Shown: positions 1 through 10,140, counted from the whole stretch's first letter. The stretch: 61,282 nucleotides of DNA, filler included, from 5 parts of 5 records of this genome joined end to end with filler, not necessarily neighbours in it, one strand, 5' to 3'. Notes: generated by a model from the letters alone, not told the origin. Numbers and translations are program-made.

Positions 1-276
1 ATGACCCTTGAAATGGCTGAAAAGCTGAATGGCGAGGCTGAACGGGTGCTGCATTCATTGGCCGGCATGTATAAGGACGGTTACAGCCAGGGATTTTTCA
101 GGCACGTGCACCCCATGGCCGTGGCGGATTCATTCTGGGCCATATTCGCCGGTCTTGTTCTTTGGGAAGAGAGCAAAAGGTATTTTGATCCCGGGAAAAA
201 ATTTCTCAAATCCACTCTGTATACGGCGCTGGAAATCTTTCTCGACGGTCTGGCCGTAAAACCTGGTAAAAAATAG
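1..276 (+). CDS. TetR/AcrR-family regulator, C-terminal fragment (5' truncated)
   Basis: Helical ORF open at the window edge; resembles the TetR C-terminal domains seen in Desulfobacterota; lies upstream of an acyl-CoA ligase. Confidence 0.55.
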   Translation: MTLEMAEKLNGEAERVLHSLAGMYKDGYSQGFFRHVHPMAVADSFWAIFAGLVLWEESKRYFDPGKKFLKSTLYTALEIFLDGLAVKPGKK

Positions 277-437
277 CCGGCGGGTTATTCGTTGAAGCCC
301 TGTCTCATCTTTGGGCAAATGCGATGTTATCAGTGACGGGACGGTTAGTGCAAATTTCCAATTGAATTGTAGACTCCCGTGCACAATCAAGCCACGGCGA
401 GTGCGATAAACATAATGCATATTGGAGGATATTTTAC

Positions 438-1946
438 ATGAATTTAGCAGAACTTATTAAAAATCAAGCTCAGGAGCGGGGCGACCGTGTTTTTGCGATA
501 TGGCACGATCAGGAAATGACCTGGGGTCAGATGGACGGGGCTGCTTCAAAGCTGGCCGCCGGACTGGCCGAGCAGGGCATTGGCAAGGGGGACGTCGTGG
601 CCTTGCTGATACCAAACATTCCGCCCTATCTTATATCCTATTTTGCCATCCAGAAGCTCGGGGCCGTTGTTCTGCCGATTAACCTGCTCCTGAAGCCTAA
701 CGAAGTATCATACATACTTAACGACTCGGGCGCCAAAATGGTTATCGCTCTGGACATGATGATTCCTCTTGTTGATGCGGCCAGGAAAGATACGCCGGAC
801 CTGGAAAAGGTCGTGGTTATAGGCGCGGAAGTTCCCGAATGGGGAATCAGCTATGCCGAAGTCGCTGCCGGCCACCCCTCCGGGCTGGCCGAACCGTCAA
901 TCGATGGAGACGATACCTGCACTTTGATGTATACATCCGGCACTACCGGCGCGCCTAAAGGCGCCATGATCACCCATAGCAATTTCGTGCATATGGGCAA
1001 AATGATGCAAGGCGGTTTTGATCTTACGGAAAAAGATCGTCTCTTGCTGGTTCTGCCGCTGTTCCATATCTTCGGCCTGGCCGTGGTCACCATGGGTTCT
1101 CTCGCCTCGGGCGCGGCCGTGATTCTCCAGGAAAAATTCGACCCGGACGCGGTTCTCCGCGAACTGGTGACAAAAGAAATAACCATGTGTTACGCGGTGC
1201 CAACTATGTACATCGCCCTGCTGCAGCAGGCGGAACAAGGCAATTACGAGCTGCCCAAAACGCTCAGGGCCTGCCTGTGCGGCGCGGCGCCCCTGCCCGT
1301 AGAAACCGTGCGGCATTTTGAAAAGACCTTTAATACGGTAATCGTAGAAGGGTACGGGCTAACCGAAGCCGCCGGAGCAACCAGCGTTAATCCCTGGAAC
1401 GGCAAAGTCAAAATAGGCAACATCGGACCAAGCATTCCCGGTAATGTAATGAAGATCGTTGACACGGAAGGTAAAGAACTTCCTCCGGGCGAGATCGGTG
1501 AAATCATCATCCAGGGCGATAACATAATGAAGGGCTACCTCAACAAGCCTGAAGCCACGGCCGAAACCATCCGCGATGGATGGCTTTATACCGGCGATAT
1601 GGCCACTATGGATGAAGACGGGTACTTCACGATCATGGACCGTAAAAAAGACCTGATCATCGTCGGCGGCGAAAACGTATATCCACGTGAAGTGGAAGAA
1701 GCCATTTACGAATTCCCTGGCGTATTGGAAGCGGTTGTCGTCAGCATGCCGCACCCGAAAATGGTCGAAGTGCCCAGGGCCGCCATCGTTATGAAGCCCG
1801 GTTACGAAGCCAAGTTGGAAGACATCATAACGTTTCTCGAAGAACGGTTGGCCAAATTTAAAGTCCCGCGCACCATCGAATTCCGCGATGAACTGCCCAA
1901 GAGCGGTTCAGGCAAGCTCCTGCGCCGCATGATCAGGGACGAATAG
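438..1946 (+). CDS. Long-chain fatty acid--CoA ligase (AMP-binding)
   Basis: YTSGTTGAPKG, GYGLTE, TGD, GGENVYPREVEE and PKSGSGK motifs; GGAGG RBS. Confidence 0.93.
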   Translation: MNLAELIKNQAQERGDRVFAIWHDQEMTWGQMDGAASKLAAGLAEQGIGKGDVVALLIPNIPPYLISYFAIQKLGAVVLPINLLLKPNEVSYILNDSGAKMVIALDMMIPLVDAARKDTPDLEKVVVIGAEVPEWGISYAEVAAGHPSGLAEPSIDGDDTCTLMYTSGTTGAPKGAMITHSNFVHMGKMMQGGFDLTEKDRLLLVLPLFHIFGLAVVTMGSLASGAAVILQEKFDPDAVLRELVTKEITMCYAVPTMYIALLQQAEQGNYELPKTLRACLCGAAPLPVETVRHFEKTFNTVIVEGYGLTEAAGATSVNPWNGKVKIGNIGPSIPGNVMKIVDTEGKELPPGEIGEIIIQGDNIMKGYLNKPEATAETIRDGWLYTGDMATMDEDGYFTIMDRKKDLIIVGGENVYPREVEEAIYEFPGVLEAVVVSMPHPKMVEVPRAAIVMKPGYEAKLEDIITFLEERLAKFKVPRTIEFRDELPKSGSGKLLRRMIRDE

Positions 1947-1975
1947 CCGCAATTGTTAATTAACGTCTAAGCACT

Positions 1976-2005
1976 AAATCCGGCAGGCCAACGCCTGCCG
2001 GATTT
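1976..2005. terminator. Bidirectional intrinsic terminator
   Basis: AAATCCGGCAGGC-CAAC-GCCTGCCGGATTT, a perfect 13-bp stem between convergent genes. Confidence 0.85.
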
Positions 2006-2027
2006 TAAGTGAACTGATTTTAACTGA

Positions 2028-2729
2028 TCAGCCTACAAGAATCTGTAATTCCTCTTTCAGACTTTCCCTTACCGCACTGATTTTTTCCCCGAATAAAACG
2101 TCTTTTGTCCGGCTGTAAGCTGGTTGATTCAAACCGGACAAACCGGCGATCACCGGTTGGAGTTCATCCAAACAGTCTTTGTCCGAATCAATCAGGCCTG
2201 TGTAAATGCCGGCTTCCACTGCTTCCTTCGGCTTGTACGCCTTGGCGTGCAGAACGGCTTCCCTGAACTGGTCGGTTGGTATGCAAGTCCGGGCAATCAA
2301 CTGCATCCACGCTGGAACCGGAATACCCAAAAGAACTTCGTTTACCTGAAATTTAAACTCTCCTTCAGGCGCATACCTCAGGTCGCAAGCCATGGCCAGC
2401 ATGGCGCCTCCGGCTATGGCGTGACCCGTGCAAACGGCAATTGTGGGAATCGGAAAGTTTAATAACCGAAGGATTGTATCGGCAAACCCGATATTAAACC
2501 TTATTATCTCATCCTTGGGAAGACTCATGACATAGTTAAGATTTAACCCGGCGCTGAAAAAGCCTTTTCTGCCTCTAACGAGCAGCGCTTTGGGCAATAA
2601 CTTTTCCACCTGGTCGAGGGCGATGTTTAACTGGTCGAAAAAATCATCGTCCATGGCATTGGCTTTACCATCATCAATTGTAATCAAGCCTATTTCCTCC
2701 GTCGACGTCATTGTTATTTTTTCCGTCAT
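2028..2729 (-). CDS. Crotonase-family protein, probably a delta3,delta2-enoyl-CoA isomerase
   Basis: KANAMD, FSAGLNL, GHAIAGGAMLAMACD (first Glu absent) and NEV (second Glu present); start placed after GGAGG. Confidence 0.85.
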   Translation of the reverse strand: MTEKITMTSTEEIGLITIDDGKANAMDDDFFDQLNIALDQVEKLLPKALLVRGRKGFFSAGLNLNYVMSLPKDEIIRFNIGFADTILRLLNFPIPTIAVCTGHAIAGGAMLAMACDLRYAPEGEFKFQVNEVLLGIPVPAWMQLIARTCIPTDQFREAVLHAKAYKPKEAVEAGIYTGLIDSDKDCLDELQPVIAGLSGLNQPAYSRTKDVLFGEKISAVRESLKEELQILVG

Positions 2730-2766
2730 GTAGTGTTCCTCCATATGGTAAAAAGGATGAATTTAA

Positions 2767-2799
2767 ATTGACCATATCAATATTTGACATGATCAAATA
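2767..2799. promoter_or_regulatory. Two tandem putative MarR operators upstream of the crotonase gene
   Basis: ATTGAC-CAT-ATCAAT and TATTTGAC-ATG-ATCAAATA match the palindrome upstream of marR. Confidence 0.7.
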
Positions 2800-2834
2800 A
2801 TCGAATAAAAAAATCCCTGATTTCCGGATACGCA

Positions 2835-3269
2835 CTATTTAAATTTTGTGTGAAACGCCGTAAGCACTTTTTTAAAAACCTCCATTTCCATTTCAGTGAA
2901 GCCTTCCTTGATCTTTTCGTTAGCGGCTTTGGAAAGCCTAAGCGCTTTCTCGGACGCCTTCCTGCCGGCGTCGGTTAGAGTTATGGTCACCTGCCTCCGG
3001 TCCGCGGGATTTATTTCCCGGCGCACATAACCTTGCTTTTCCAATCTTTCAATACGCCGGGTTATGGCCGAATTGTCGACTTCAAACACCTGGCTAATTT
3101 CTCCCATCGAAACAGCCGCTTTTTCCCTGACCAACAGTAATATGCCCACCTGGGTGGGAGTTAAATTTAACCCGGATTTCTTGAATTGTTCTTGCATATA
3201 TATTCCAAGCCTGGAACCGGCTTTGCTTATCATGAATATATATCGATCATCCTTGCTTGCCTGTTTCAA
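2835..3269 (-). CDS. MarR-family transcriptional regulator (TTG start)
   Basis: SAITRRIERLEKQGYVRREINPADRR winged-helix signature. Confidence 0.93.
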   Translation of the reverse strand: MKQASKDDRYIFMISKAGSRLGIYMQEQFKKSGLNLTPTQVGILLLVREKAAVSMGEISQVFEVDNSAITRRIERLEKQGYVRREINPADRRQVTITLTDAGRKASEKALRLSKAANEKIKEGFTEMEMEVFKKVLTAFHTKFK

Positions 3270-3298
3270 AACTCTGTCTCCTTTTTCTACTGCATTAA

Positions 3299-3319
3299 TT
3301 ATTTGACCATGTCAAATAA
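3299..3319. promoter_or_regulatory. Putative MarR autoregulatory operator
   Basis: Perfect palindrome TTATTTGAC-CAT-GTCAAATAA 30 bp upstream of marR. Confidence 0.75.
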
Positions 3320-3409
3320 ATTGTCAAGAAATATTTAAGTGGAGCTTCGAATAGATTTATATCAAATGATATAGTCCGGCGATGGACCGCCGCCGGATTG
3401 CCAGACTTG

Positions 3410-4363
3410 CTATTTAAAAACTATTTCAATAATGGAAAAATCATCCTCGAACACGTCCGCGCCGCTCAATTCCCTCACATGATTCACCAGGTCGTCCAAT
3501 TTACTTTGTTCTGACATGGCCGGTCTTCCAATAAAGTCGCAAAAAGAATCAAAGTCCCAGAGCATTCGGTCGTCCTTCCTGATTTCAAACACCCCGTCGC
3601 TGAAAATATATAATCGGCTGGGAGAAAGGACGGCGCAACGTTTTTTCCGGTATTCAAAACCGGAATCATTGCCGATGAACGGCCCCGGAGTTCTCAATTC
3701 ATTAACCTGTGGTATTGGGGCCGGTTCCGTACTTAGAAGCAGGGCCGGTGGATGGCCTCCGCTGGCATAGGATAATTCACGGGTGTTAATATTATAGACG
3801 CCATACCAGATAGTAAAAAACATTTCATAATGATCGGAAGCCGGAAAGGCTGCATTGAGAGCGGTCAGCACCTGGTCGGGCGCTCGGAAATCAACATCCG
3901 ACATTGGCCTTGTGCGCAGAAAATTTGCAACAGACATGGAAAGCAAGGCCGATCCCACCCCATGACCGCTGACATCCAGCAAAAAGACGACAAAATGTTC
4001 GTCATCCAGGAAATGGTATCCGAATGAATCTCCGCCCACTGAAGTCGCGGGTATAAAGCGCCAGTCAGCATCAATAGGGCCGCTTTTGATGGTATTGGGA
4101 AGAGTGGATTTTACATATTCCGAAGCCTCCTTAAGATCGCGGCCCAGAATGTCTAATAAATAATTGCGTTCGCGAAGCGTTTTGCTCAATTCGCGTTCGG
4201 AAATGGAATAACTCAAAACGAGTTCTTTTAACAATGCCTTGTTGACTTCAATATCCTTGACCATGGCCAGGAAATCAATAATGCTCTCAAGAATTTCGGA
4301 CGGCGCTCGGGCAAGGTCTGAAGCAATGGTTTTAATGTCAGGTTTCTTATGATTACGATTCAT
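3410..4363 (-). CDS. PP2C/SpoIIE-type (RsbU-like) protein phosphatase
   Basis: VGGDSF, LDVSGHGVGSAL, SGGHPP, FSDGVFE and EDDFS motifs; overlaps the upstream gene. Confidence 0.92.
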   Translation of the reverse strand: MNRNHKKPDIKTIASDLARAPSEILESIIDFLAMVKDIEVNKALLKELVLSYSISERELSKTLRERNYLLDILGRDLKEASEYVKSTLPNTIKSGPIDADWRFIPATSVGGDSFGYHFLDDEHFVVFLLDVSGHGVGSALLSMSVANFLRTRPMSDVDFRAPDQVLTALNAAFPASDHYEMFFTIWYGVYNINTRELSYASGGHPPALLLSTEPAPIPQVNELRTPGPFIGNDSGFEYRKKRCAVLSPSRLYIFSDGVFEIRKDDRMLWDFDSFCDFIGRPAMSEQSKLDDLVNHVRELSGADVFEDDFSIIEIVFK

Positions 4364-5225
4364 TGGAGCGAATACGTTCGGTTAATGGCGATATGTCGCC
4401 CATGTCTTCAAATGGCCGGTCGTCGATCAAGCGATCGATCCCTACCCGGTCCAGGCCGGCCAAACGTCGGGTTACTTCGTGAATATCCTCCAGGCTGGTA
4501 ATTATGCTGCCATGTTGCGGTGCAATATAACGGAAGGGAATCCGCACGATTTCTTCCAGGGCGAACCGAAGGGCGCGATTGGAAGTCATGATTGTCTGGT
4601 GGAACCTTAAAATATCTGGTATGGGACAATAGTCGCGCCCTTGGCGGCAGTTTATTAAATCCGTGCACTCCGGACAGTTGTCATTAAGCTTTAAAAACAG
4701 ATCCCAATTAGATCCATAACTTCCATAAAGGTCGCTGGTAAAGAGCACTCCGGTCTTTTCATCAAACGTGACAAAGCTGCCCGGGGAGTGGGCGTATGGA
4801 GTACTGTAAAACTTCAATGACCGGCCAGACTTGAATTTGAAGCCCCCGGGAAATCCATTGGCGGCGTAAAGTTTGGAACTGACGGAATAATGGCGGATGA
4901 ACATGTTATTTTCCGGATTCGAAATAATCATAAGGTCGGCGCGGTCGATTATGTCTTCGAAATTGGATACGCTCCCGCAGAGATCCGGGTCGTAGTGCTG
5001 GTAAATCAGGGCGATAATGGATGACGGGTGGACTCCGGCCTGCAGTATTTTTTTCATTACCACCGGGAAATGAGGCCGGCTGCCTCCGTCTATGACTACG
5101 GCCTCGTCTCCTTCCACCACCATGTATGGGTTGCAGTGCAAACCGGATTCACGGTCGATGAAACCGATCCAATAAACATTATCGGCAATTTCTATTGCTT
5201 TTTCATAATCCAGATTGTCTTGCAT
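4353..5225 (-). CDS. MBL-fold di-iron protein, ODP/FprA N-terminal-like (no flavodoxin domain)
   Basis: HCNPY, QHYDPDLCGS, TPYAHSPG, LFTSDLYG and IAPQHGS motifs. Confidence 0.8.
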   Translation of the reverse strand: MQDNLDYEKAIEIADNVYWIGFIDRESGLHCNPYMVVEGDEAVVIDGGSRPHFPVVMKKILQAGVHPSSIIALIYQHYDPDLCGSVSNFEDIIDRADLMIISNPENNMFIRHYSVSSKLYAANGFPGGFKFKSGRSLKFYSTPYAHSPGSFVTFDEKTGVLFTSDLYGSYGSNWDLFLKLNDNCPECTDLINCRQGRDYCPIPDILRFHQTIMTSNRALRFALEEIVRIPFRYIAPQHGSIITSLEDIHEVTRRLAGLDRVGIDRLIDDRPFEDMGDISPLTERIRSNES

Positions 5226-5517
5226 AATTCGGGGCTTCTAATCCGGTTCTTGTCCTTTATGGGATTGAATTCAATTTTATTAAGAATACACTACTGTTTG
5301 AAGAAATAATAGCTGTCTGCCGATTTCACCGCCATTCAATGCTTCACGACCATAAGAGCTTTTTAAAATAATCTTTCAACTCATACTTGACAGCTAAACT
5401 GAATTAAGACAAACTACAAAGTAGAAGGTGGTAGATTTAAATTTGAATTAAAGCAGCCGCCGCCCCAAAACGATATTCCCTCAGCATATGAAAATGAAAA
5501 AAAAGGAGCGCCGCCCT

Positions 5518-6984
5518 ATGAAAATTCCTCTCAAAGGCTATGACAAATCTATAATCTTTGAAAACATGGACCGCTTTTCCGCGGGCGATCTACCATGGAA
5601 ATCAGGAAAAACATGGGGCCATGTGTTCGTGGCCGGCCGGGAAGCCCAAGCCGTGGGTCAGGAAGCTTTCCTGAAATTCATGACGCAGAATGGATTGGAT
5701 TTTTCAATCTATCCCAGCCTGCTCAGATTTGAAACCGAACTGGTCGCCATGCTCGCCGATCATCTTAACGGAGACGAACAGGTCGTCGGCAATTTCACCA
5801 GTGGAGGAACAGAAAGCATCCTGTTGGCCGTCAAGACCGCCCGGGATTATTTTAGAACCGCCCGGCCGGAAATAACATCTCCGGAAATGGTTATTCCCGA
5901 AACCGCCCACGCCGCTTTTCACAAAGCCGCCCAGTATTTTAACCTTAAGTTAATCCAGGTTCCGGTGGATCCCAAAACCTTCCACGCCGACGTCGACTTG
6001 ATGGCTGATGCCATAACTCCCAACACCATCCTTCTAGTCGCCTCAGCTCCTTCATACGCCCATGGCGTGGTCGATCCAATCGAACAAATCGGCCGTTTGG
6101 CCCTTGATAACGGACTGCTCTTGCATGTGGACGGCTGCGTCGGCGGCCTGATGCTGCCATATTTTCGACGACTGGGGGCCGACTTTCCTGATTTTGACTT
6201 TTCCGTACCAGGCGTTTCTTCAATATCCGTGGATCTGCATAAATACGGTTACACCCCCAAAGGGGCCAGCCTTGTGCTTTACCGCAACAGGCAAATCCGC
6301 AAACACCAGATTTTTACCTGCGCATCCTGGCCCGGATACACAATGGTCAACTCCGCTATTCAAAGCAGTAAAAGCGGCGGTCCCCTGGCTGCGGCCTGGG
6401 CCGTTGTCAATTTCCTGGGCGATGACGGTTTTCTGGAACTGGCGCGCCTTAAATATGAAGCGACAAGGCGATTAAAGGAAGGAATCAATCAAATAGAGGG
6501 CCTTCAGGTCATGGCGGAGCCAGACTTGTGCATGCTTGCTTTCACTTCGGCCAAGGCGGATGTATTCCAATTGTCTCAGCAAATGAAGGAGAAAGGTTGG
6601 CATATTCAACCCCAGTTCCGTTTCGGATCTTCACCAGCCAACATTCATCTCACCGTGCTGGCTTCCAACGCCCACATGGTTGAACCTTTTCTGGCCGAAT
6701 TGGCTGAAGCTGTTCAGGTCGCTAAGGGCATGCAGAAAGGTCCCATGGCCGCCATGATTCTTGAAGGGCTGGCCGGCCTCGACCTCAAAACACTATCAGA
6801 TGAGGAACTAAATAAGTTCATGGCGGCCGGGGAAGGCGGCCTGGACGTTTCACAAATGAGCATGGTGGAAATAAACCAGGTTCTTAACGAACTCCCGCCG
6901 CCTTTGCGGGATGTCCTCCTGACCGAGCACGTCAACGACATGTTTGTTTATCGTGAAAACGCACTGGGAGCTTTTCCCTTCTAA
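5518..6984 (+). CDS. PLP-dependent enzyme, sphingosine-1-phosphate lyase-like (group II decarboxylase fold), copy 1
   Basis: TSGGTESI, AHAAFHKAA, SAPSYAHGVVDPI, HVDGCVGG and DLHKYGYTPKGAS (PLP Lys); AAGGAG RBS. Confidence 0.88.
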   Translation: MKIPLKGYDKSIIFENMDRFSAGDLPWKSGKTWGHVFVAGREAQAVGQEAFLKFMTQNGLDFSIYPSLLRFETELVAMLADHLNGDEQVVGNFTSGGTESILLAVKTARDYFRTARPEITSPEMVIPETAHAAFHKAAQYFNLKLIQVPVDPKTFHADVDLMADAITPNTILLVASAPSYAHGVVDPIEQIGRLALDNGLLLHVDGCVGGLMLPYFRRLGADFPDFDFSVPGVSSISVDLHKYGYTPKGASLVLYRNRQIRKHQIFTCASWPGYTMVNSAIQSSKSGGPLAAAWAVVNFLGDDGFLELARLKYEATRRLKEGINQIEGLQVMAEPDLCMLAFTSAKADVFQLSQQMKEKGWHIQPQFRFGSSPANIHLTVLASNAHMVEPFLAELAEAVQVAKGMQKGPMAAMILEGLAGLDLKTLSDEELNKFMAAGEGGLDVSQMSMVEINQVLNELPPPLRDVLLTEHVNDMFVYRENALGAFPF

Positions 6985-7070
6985 TAAAATCGGTCAAATC
7001 ATATGGCCAGGCGGAAATTGCGTCGGCTCAAGTTTTTTGTGACAACCTTCCATCACTGAAAGGAGTTGTA

Positions 7071-8516
7071 ATGAAACGAATTCCCGAGAAATCCCAATCA
7101 AGAGAAGAACTGTTAAAAGTCCTTGAAGACTTCAAGGCGAATGACGTCGACTGGAAATCCGGACGCTCCTTCGGCTTTGTATATGACCCGGGCAAGGAAG
7201 CCATGGAATTCGGCAAGGAAGCCTTTCTGATGTATATGACTGAAAACGGATTGGATTTCACGGCCTTTCCGAGTCTGCTGCACTTTGAATCCGAACTGGC
7301 TTCAATGTGCGCCGCCCATGTGGGCGGAGATGAGAATGTCGTCGGCAATTTCACAAGCGGCGGCACTGAAAGCATCATGCTGGCCGTAAAATCCGCCCGG
7401 GATTATTACCGGAAATACAAGCCCGAAATCAGGGAACCGGAAATAATCCTGCCCATAACAGGCCACGCAGCCTTCCACAAGGCGGCCCACTATTTATGCC
7501 TTAAAATCACGCCTGTTCCCGTTCGCGACCACGATCTGCGAGCCGATCCGGAGGCAGTGCGCCGGGCTATTAATCCCAATACCATTATGATAGTCGGGTC
7601 GTCCCCTGGCTATGCGCACGGCGTGATCGATCCTATTTCCGAACTGGCCTCAATTGCGTCGGAAAACGATTTGTGGATGCATGTTGACGGCTGCGTCGGC
7701 GGTTTCATGCTGCCTTATTACCGCCGCTTGGGCCGTAATATTCCTGATTTTGATTTTTCGGTTCCAGGTGTGACCTCCTTGTCAATGGACCTGCACAAAT
7801 ACGCTTACACGCCCAAGGGGGCTTCGATGGTGCTTTACCGAAACAAGAAATATCGCAAAAGCCAAATATTCGCCTGCGCAGACTGGACCGGGTACGCCAT
7901 CGTCAACAATGCAATTCAATCAGCCAAATCCGGAGGGCCCATGGCCGCGGCCTGGGCCATGCTTCACTACATGGGCGATGAAGGTTACATGGAAATAGCC
8001 CGGCGTAAAATCGAGGCCACGGACCGGATTGCGGCCGGCATACAAGCTATTCCCGAATTGAAGATTCTGTCCAATCCGGATATGTCCATGCTGGCTTTCA
8101 CTTCCGACGATATAAACATCTTTCTGCTTATTGACGAAGTTAATTCCCGGGGATGGTACATTCAACCGCAATTGATAATGGATAACTCTCCGGAAGCCGC
8201 CCACATTTCGGTCAACTTCGGCAATGTAGGTTTGGAGGAAGAGTTCCTCAAAGACCTGCGGGAATCTGTTGAAAAGGTCAAGGGTCAGGAAGCGTCCGAC
8301 CTGGTGAAAAGCATGTCCGGCGTTCTTGACGGTCTTGAGCCGGACGCCCTGGATGACGATGCAGTAAGCGAGATGATGAGCATGGCCGGGGTAGCCGGCG
8401 ACAGCCTGCCCGGAAGCATGGCCGATATAAACATGATAATGAACATGCTGCCCCGAAAACTACGGGGGCGTCTCCTGGTGGAATACGTCAACGATCTGTT
8501 CATTTACAAGGAGTGA
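7071..8516 (+). CDS. PLP-dependent enzyme, sphingosine-1-phosphate lyase-like, copy 2
   Basis: Same motifs as copy 1 (TSGGTESI, HGVIDPI, HVDGCVGG, DLHKYAYTPKGAS). Confidence 0.88.
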   Translation: MKRIPEKSQSREELLKVLEDFKANDVDWKSGRSFGFVYDPGKEAMEFGKEAFLMYMTENGLDFTAFPSLLHFESELASMCAAHVGGDENVVGNFTSGGTESIMLAVKSARDYYRKYKPEIREPEIILPITGHAAFHKAAHYLCLKITPVPVRDHDLRADPEAVRRAINPNTIMIVGSSPGYAHGVIDPISELASIASENDLWMHVDGCVGGFMLPYYRRLGRNIPDFDFSVPGVTSLSMDLHKYAYTPKGASMVLYRNKKYRKSQIFACADWTGYAIVNNAIQSAKSGGPMAAAWAMLHYMGDEGYMEIARRKIEATDRIAAGIQAIPELKILSNPDMSMLAFTSDDINIFLLIDEVNSRGWYIQPQLIMDNSPEAAHISVNFGNVGLEEEFLKDLRESVEKVKGQEASDLVKSMSGVLDGLEPDALDDDAVSEMMSMAGVAGDSLPGSMADINMIMNMLPRKLRGRLLVEYVNDLFIYKE

Positions 8517-8733
8517 TCCTTATCCGGAGAAATCATCGTTGAAGAAAGTTTACTCCGGATTAAATCGCAAAACGGCTGGAAAAAGGGCGCTGCCCGTCCG
8601 ACTAATCCCTTGCCATATCAAATATATTTGGATAAAGTTCCTGGGCGGCGCCAAACGGAAATAAAAAACTCCATTACATAATCACCTGACGAAACAGCCC
8701 GGTAAAGGGAAATTAAACAACGCCGGTTAAATC

Positions 8734-10098
8734 ATGAAGAAAGATAAACCAAAAGGTCTCAAAATCAGCCAATTGGCTGAGATGGCCGATGTAACAGTTC
8801 CGACCGTCAGCCACTATCTGAAAAAAGGTCTGCTGCCTCAACCCGTAAAAACCGGCCGGACCATGGCCTGGTACGACCCCTCATGCGTTGAAAGGATCAA
8901 ACTGATCAAAAGGCTGCAACACGAGCAGTATCTGCCCCTGGACATTATCAAGCGCATTATCGATTCCGGAGAACTGCTGGAAGAAGAATCTCAAATAGGC
9001 CGCCAGATCGCAAAATCCGAATGGGGCGCCGAAGATGAAAAAAGCATTAAGCAGTCCGAGTTGGCCGAACAAACCGGTTGGCCTATAAGAAAAATCCGTC
9101 TGCTTGAAAGAGAAGGGCTCCTGCATCCGGCCAGGGGCAGCACCGGGAAGAAATACGACCAACTCGATCGGAATATCATAGAAATATGCCGGGACCGGGA
9201 AGATATTGGTCTGCCTTTCGATTTAACCCTGGATGTGTTTAAAAGATACATGGAAACCCTGGAAAACGTTGTAGACCTGGAAACCAGGAGCAGGCTGAAC
9301 CACCTCATCGAGGAGGATGCATCCGAAGAATATTTAAAGTTGATTGAAAAATCGGATGAGACCCTTGACCGGCTCGTCCTGGTTTTGAGGAGAAAAATAG
9401 TCCGCCGGACCAACCTGAGGCTCCTTCAGGATATAGATGAAACACAAGACAGGTTGTCCGGAATGCTGACTCCGCCGTCGGCCGAAGAATATCTGCCGGA
9501 AAGGCCGCCTGAGGATTTGGCGCTTAAATTGTTTTATTACCTTTGCCAGGCGCGTTTCGACTATATCCTGGATTCATTCACGCCCGATCATAACGACCGC
9601 ATACTGACCGCCAGCCTTGTGTTAACCTGTCTCTTTAATGGCGATTGGGAAGGCGCCTACCGGCTGACCCGAAAATTCCTGCCTGATCCGGCGCCTGAAT
9701 CCTGGATAAATGCCGTAGCCGCCCTGGCCCTTTTACTGACCGCCACCCAGAAAACAGGTTTTAATCAGCTTTTAAAACTAAGCCGGCAAGCCATGACATA
9801 TTTGAGAACTTCCGAACAGAAAGCAAACTCGTCGTCTATTGCTGATTGCCTGTTCCGGTATATCTGCGGCCATATTTATTTCGCCCTGCCGGAAATGCAG
9901 AACAAGCGCTTAATCGGCCTGCATATGTTGACCGACCTGGCCGAACTGCTTGACGGAGGCCGCATGAACCTGAAGAAAACTCCCGCCTGGGTCCGGAAAA
10001 CGCTGCAATATGAAATTTTCCCTGCCGTATTAAATAATATCGAGAGCATAAAAACCGCATATCCATATAAAGATGAGGAGCAGGGGCGTGAAGCATAG
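8734..10098 (+). CDS. MerR-family regulator with two HTH units and a long helical C-terminus
   Basis: KISQLAEMADVTVPTVSHYLKKGLLPQP..TMAWY; second unit QSELAEQTGW..LEREGLLHP..Y. Confidence 0.85.
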   Translation: MKKDKPKGLKISQLAEMADVTVPTVSHYLKKGLLPQPVKTGRTMAWYDPSCVERIKLIKRLQHEQYLPLDIIKRIIDSGELLEEESQIGRQIAKSEWGAEDEKSIKQSELAEQTGWPIRKIRLLEREGLLHPARGSTGKKYDQLDRNIIEICRDREDIGLPFDLTLDVFKRYMETLENVVDLETRSRLNHLIEEDASEEYLKLIEKSDETLDRLVLVLRRKIVRRTNLRLLQDIDETQDRLSGMLTPPSAEEYLPERPPEDLALKLFYYLCQARFDYILDSFTPDHNDRILTASLVLTCLFNGDWEGAYRLTRKFLPDPAPESWINAVAALALLLTATQKTGFNQLLKLSRQAMTYLRTSEQKANSSSIADCLFRYICGHIYFALPEMQNKRLIGLHMLTDLAELLDGGRMNLKKTPAWVRKTLQYEIFPAVLNNIESIKTAYPYKDEEQGREA

Positions 10099-10140
10099 TC
10101 CGGCCAATTCCCCGACCTATAATAGTTATAATCTGCCAAC

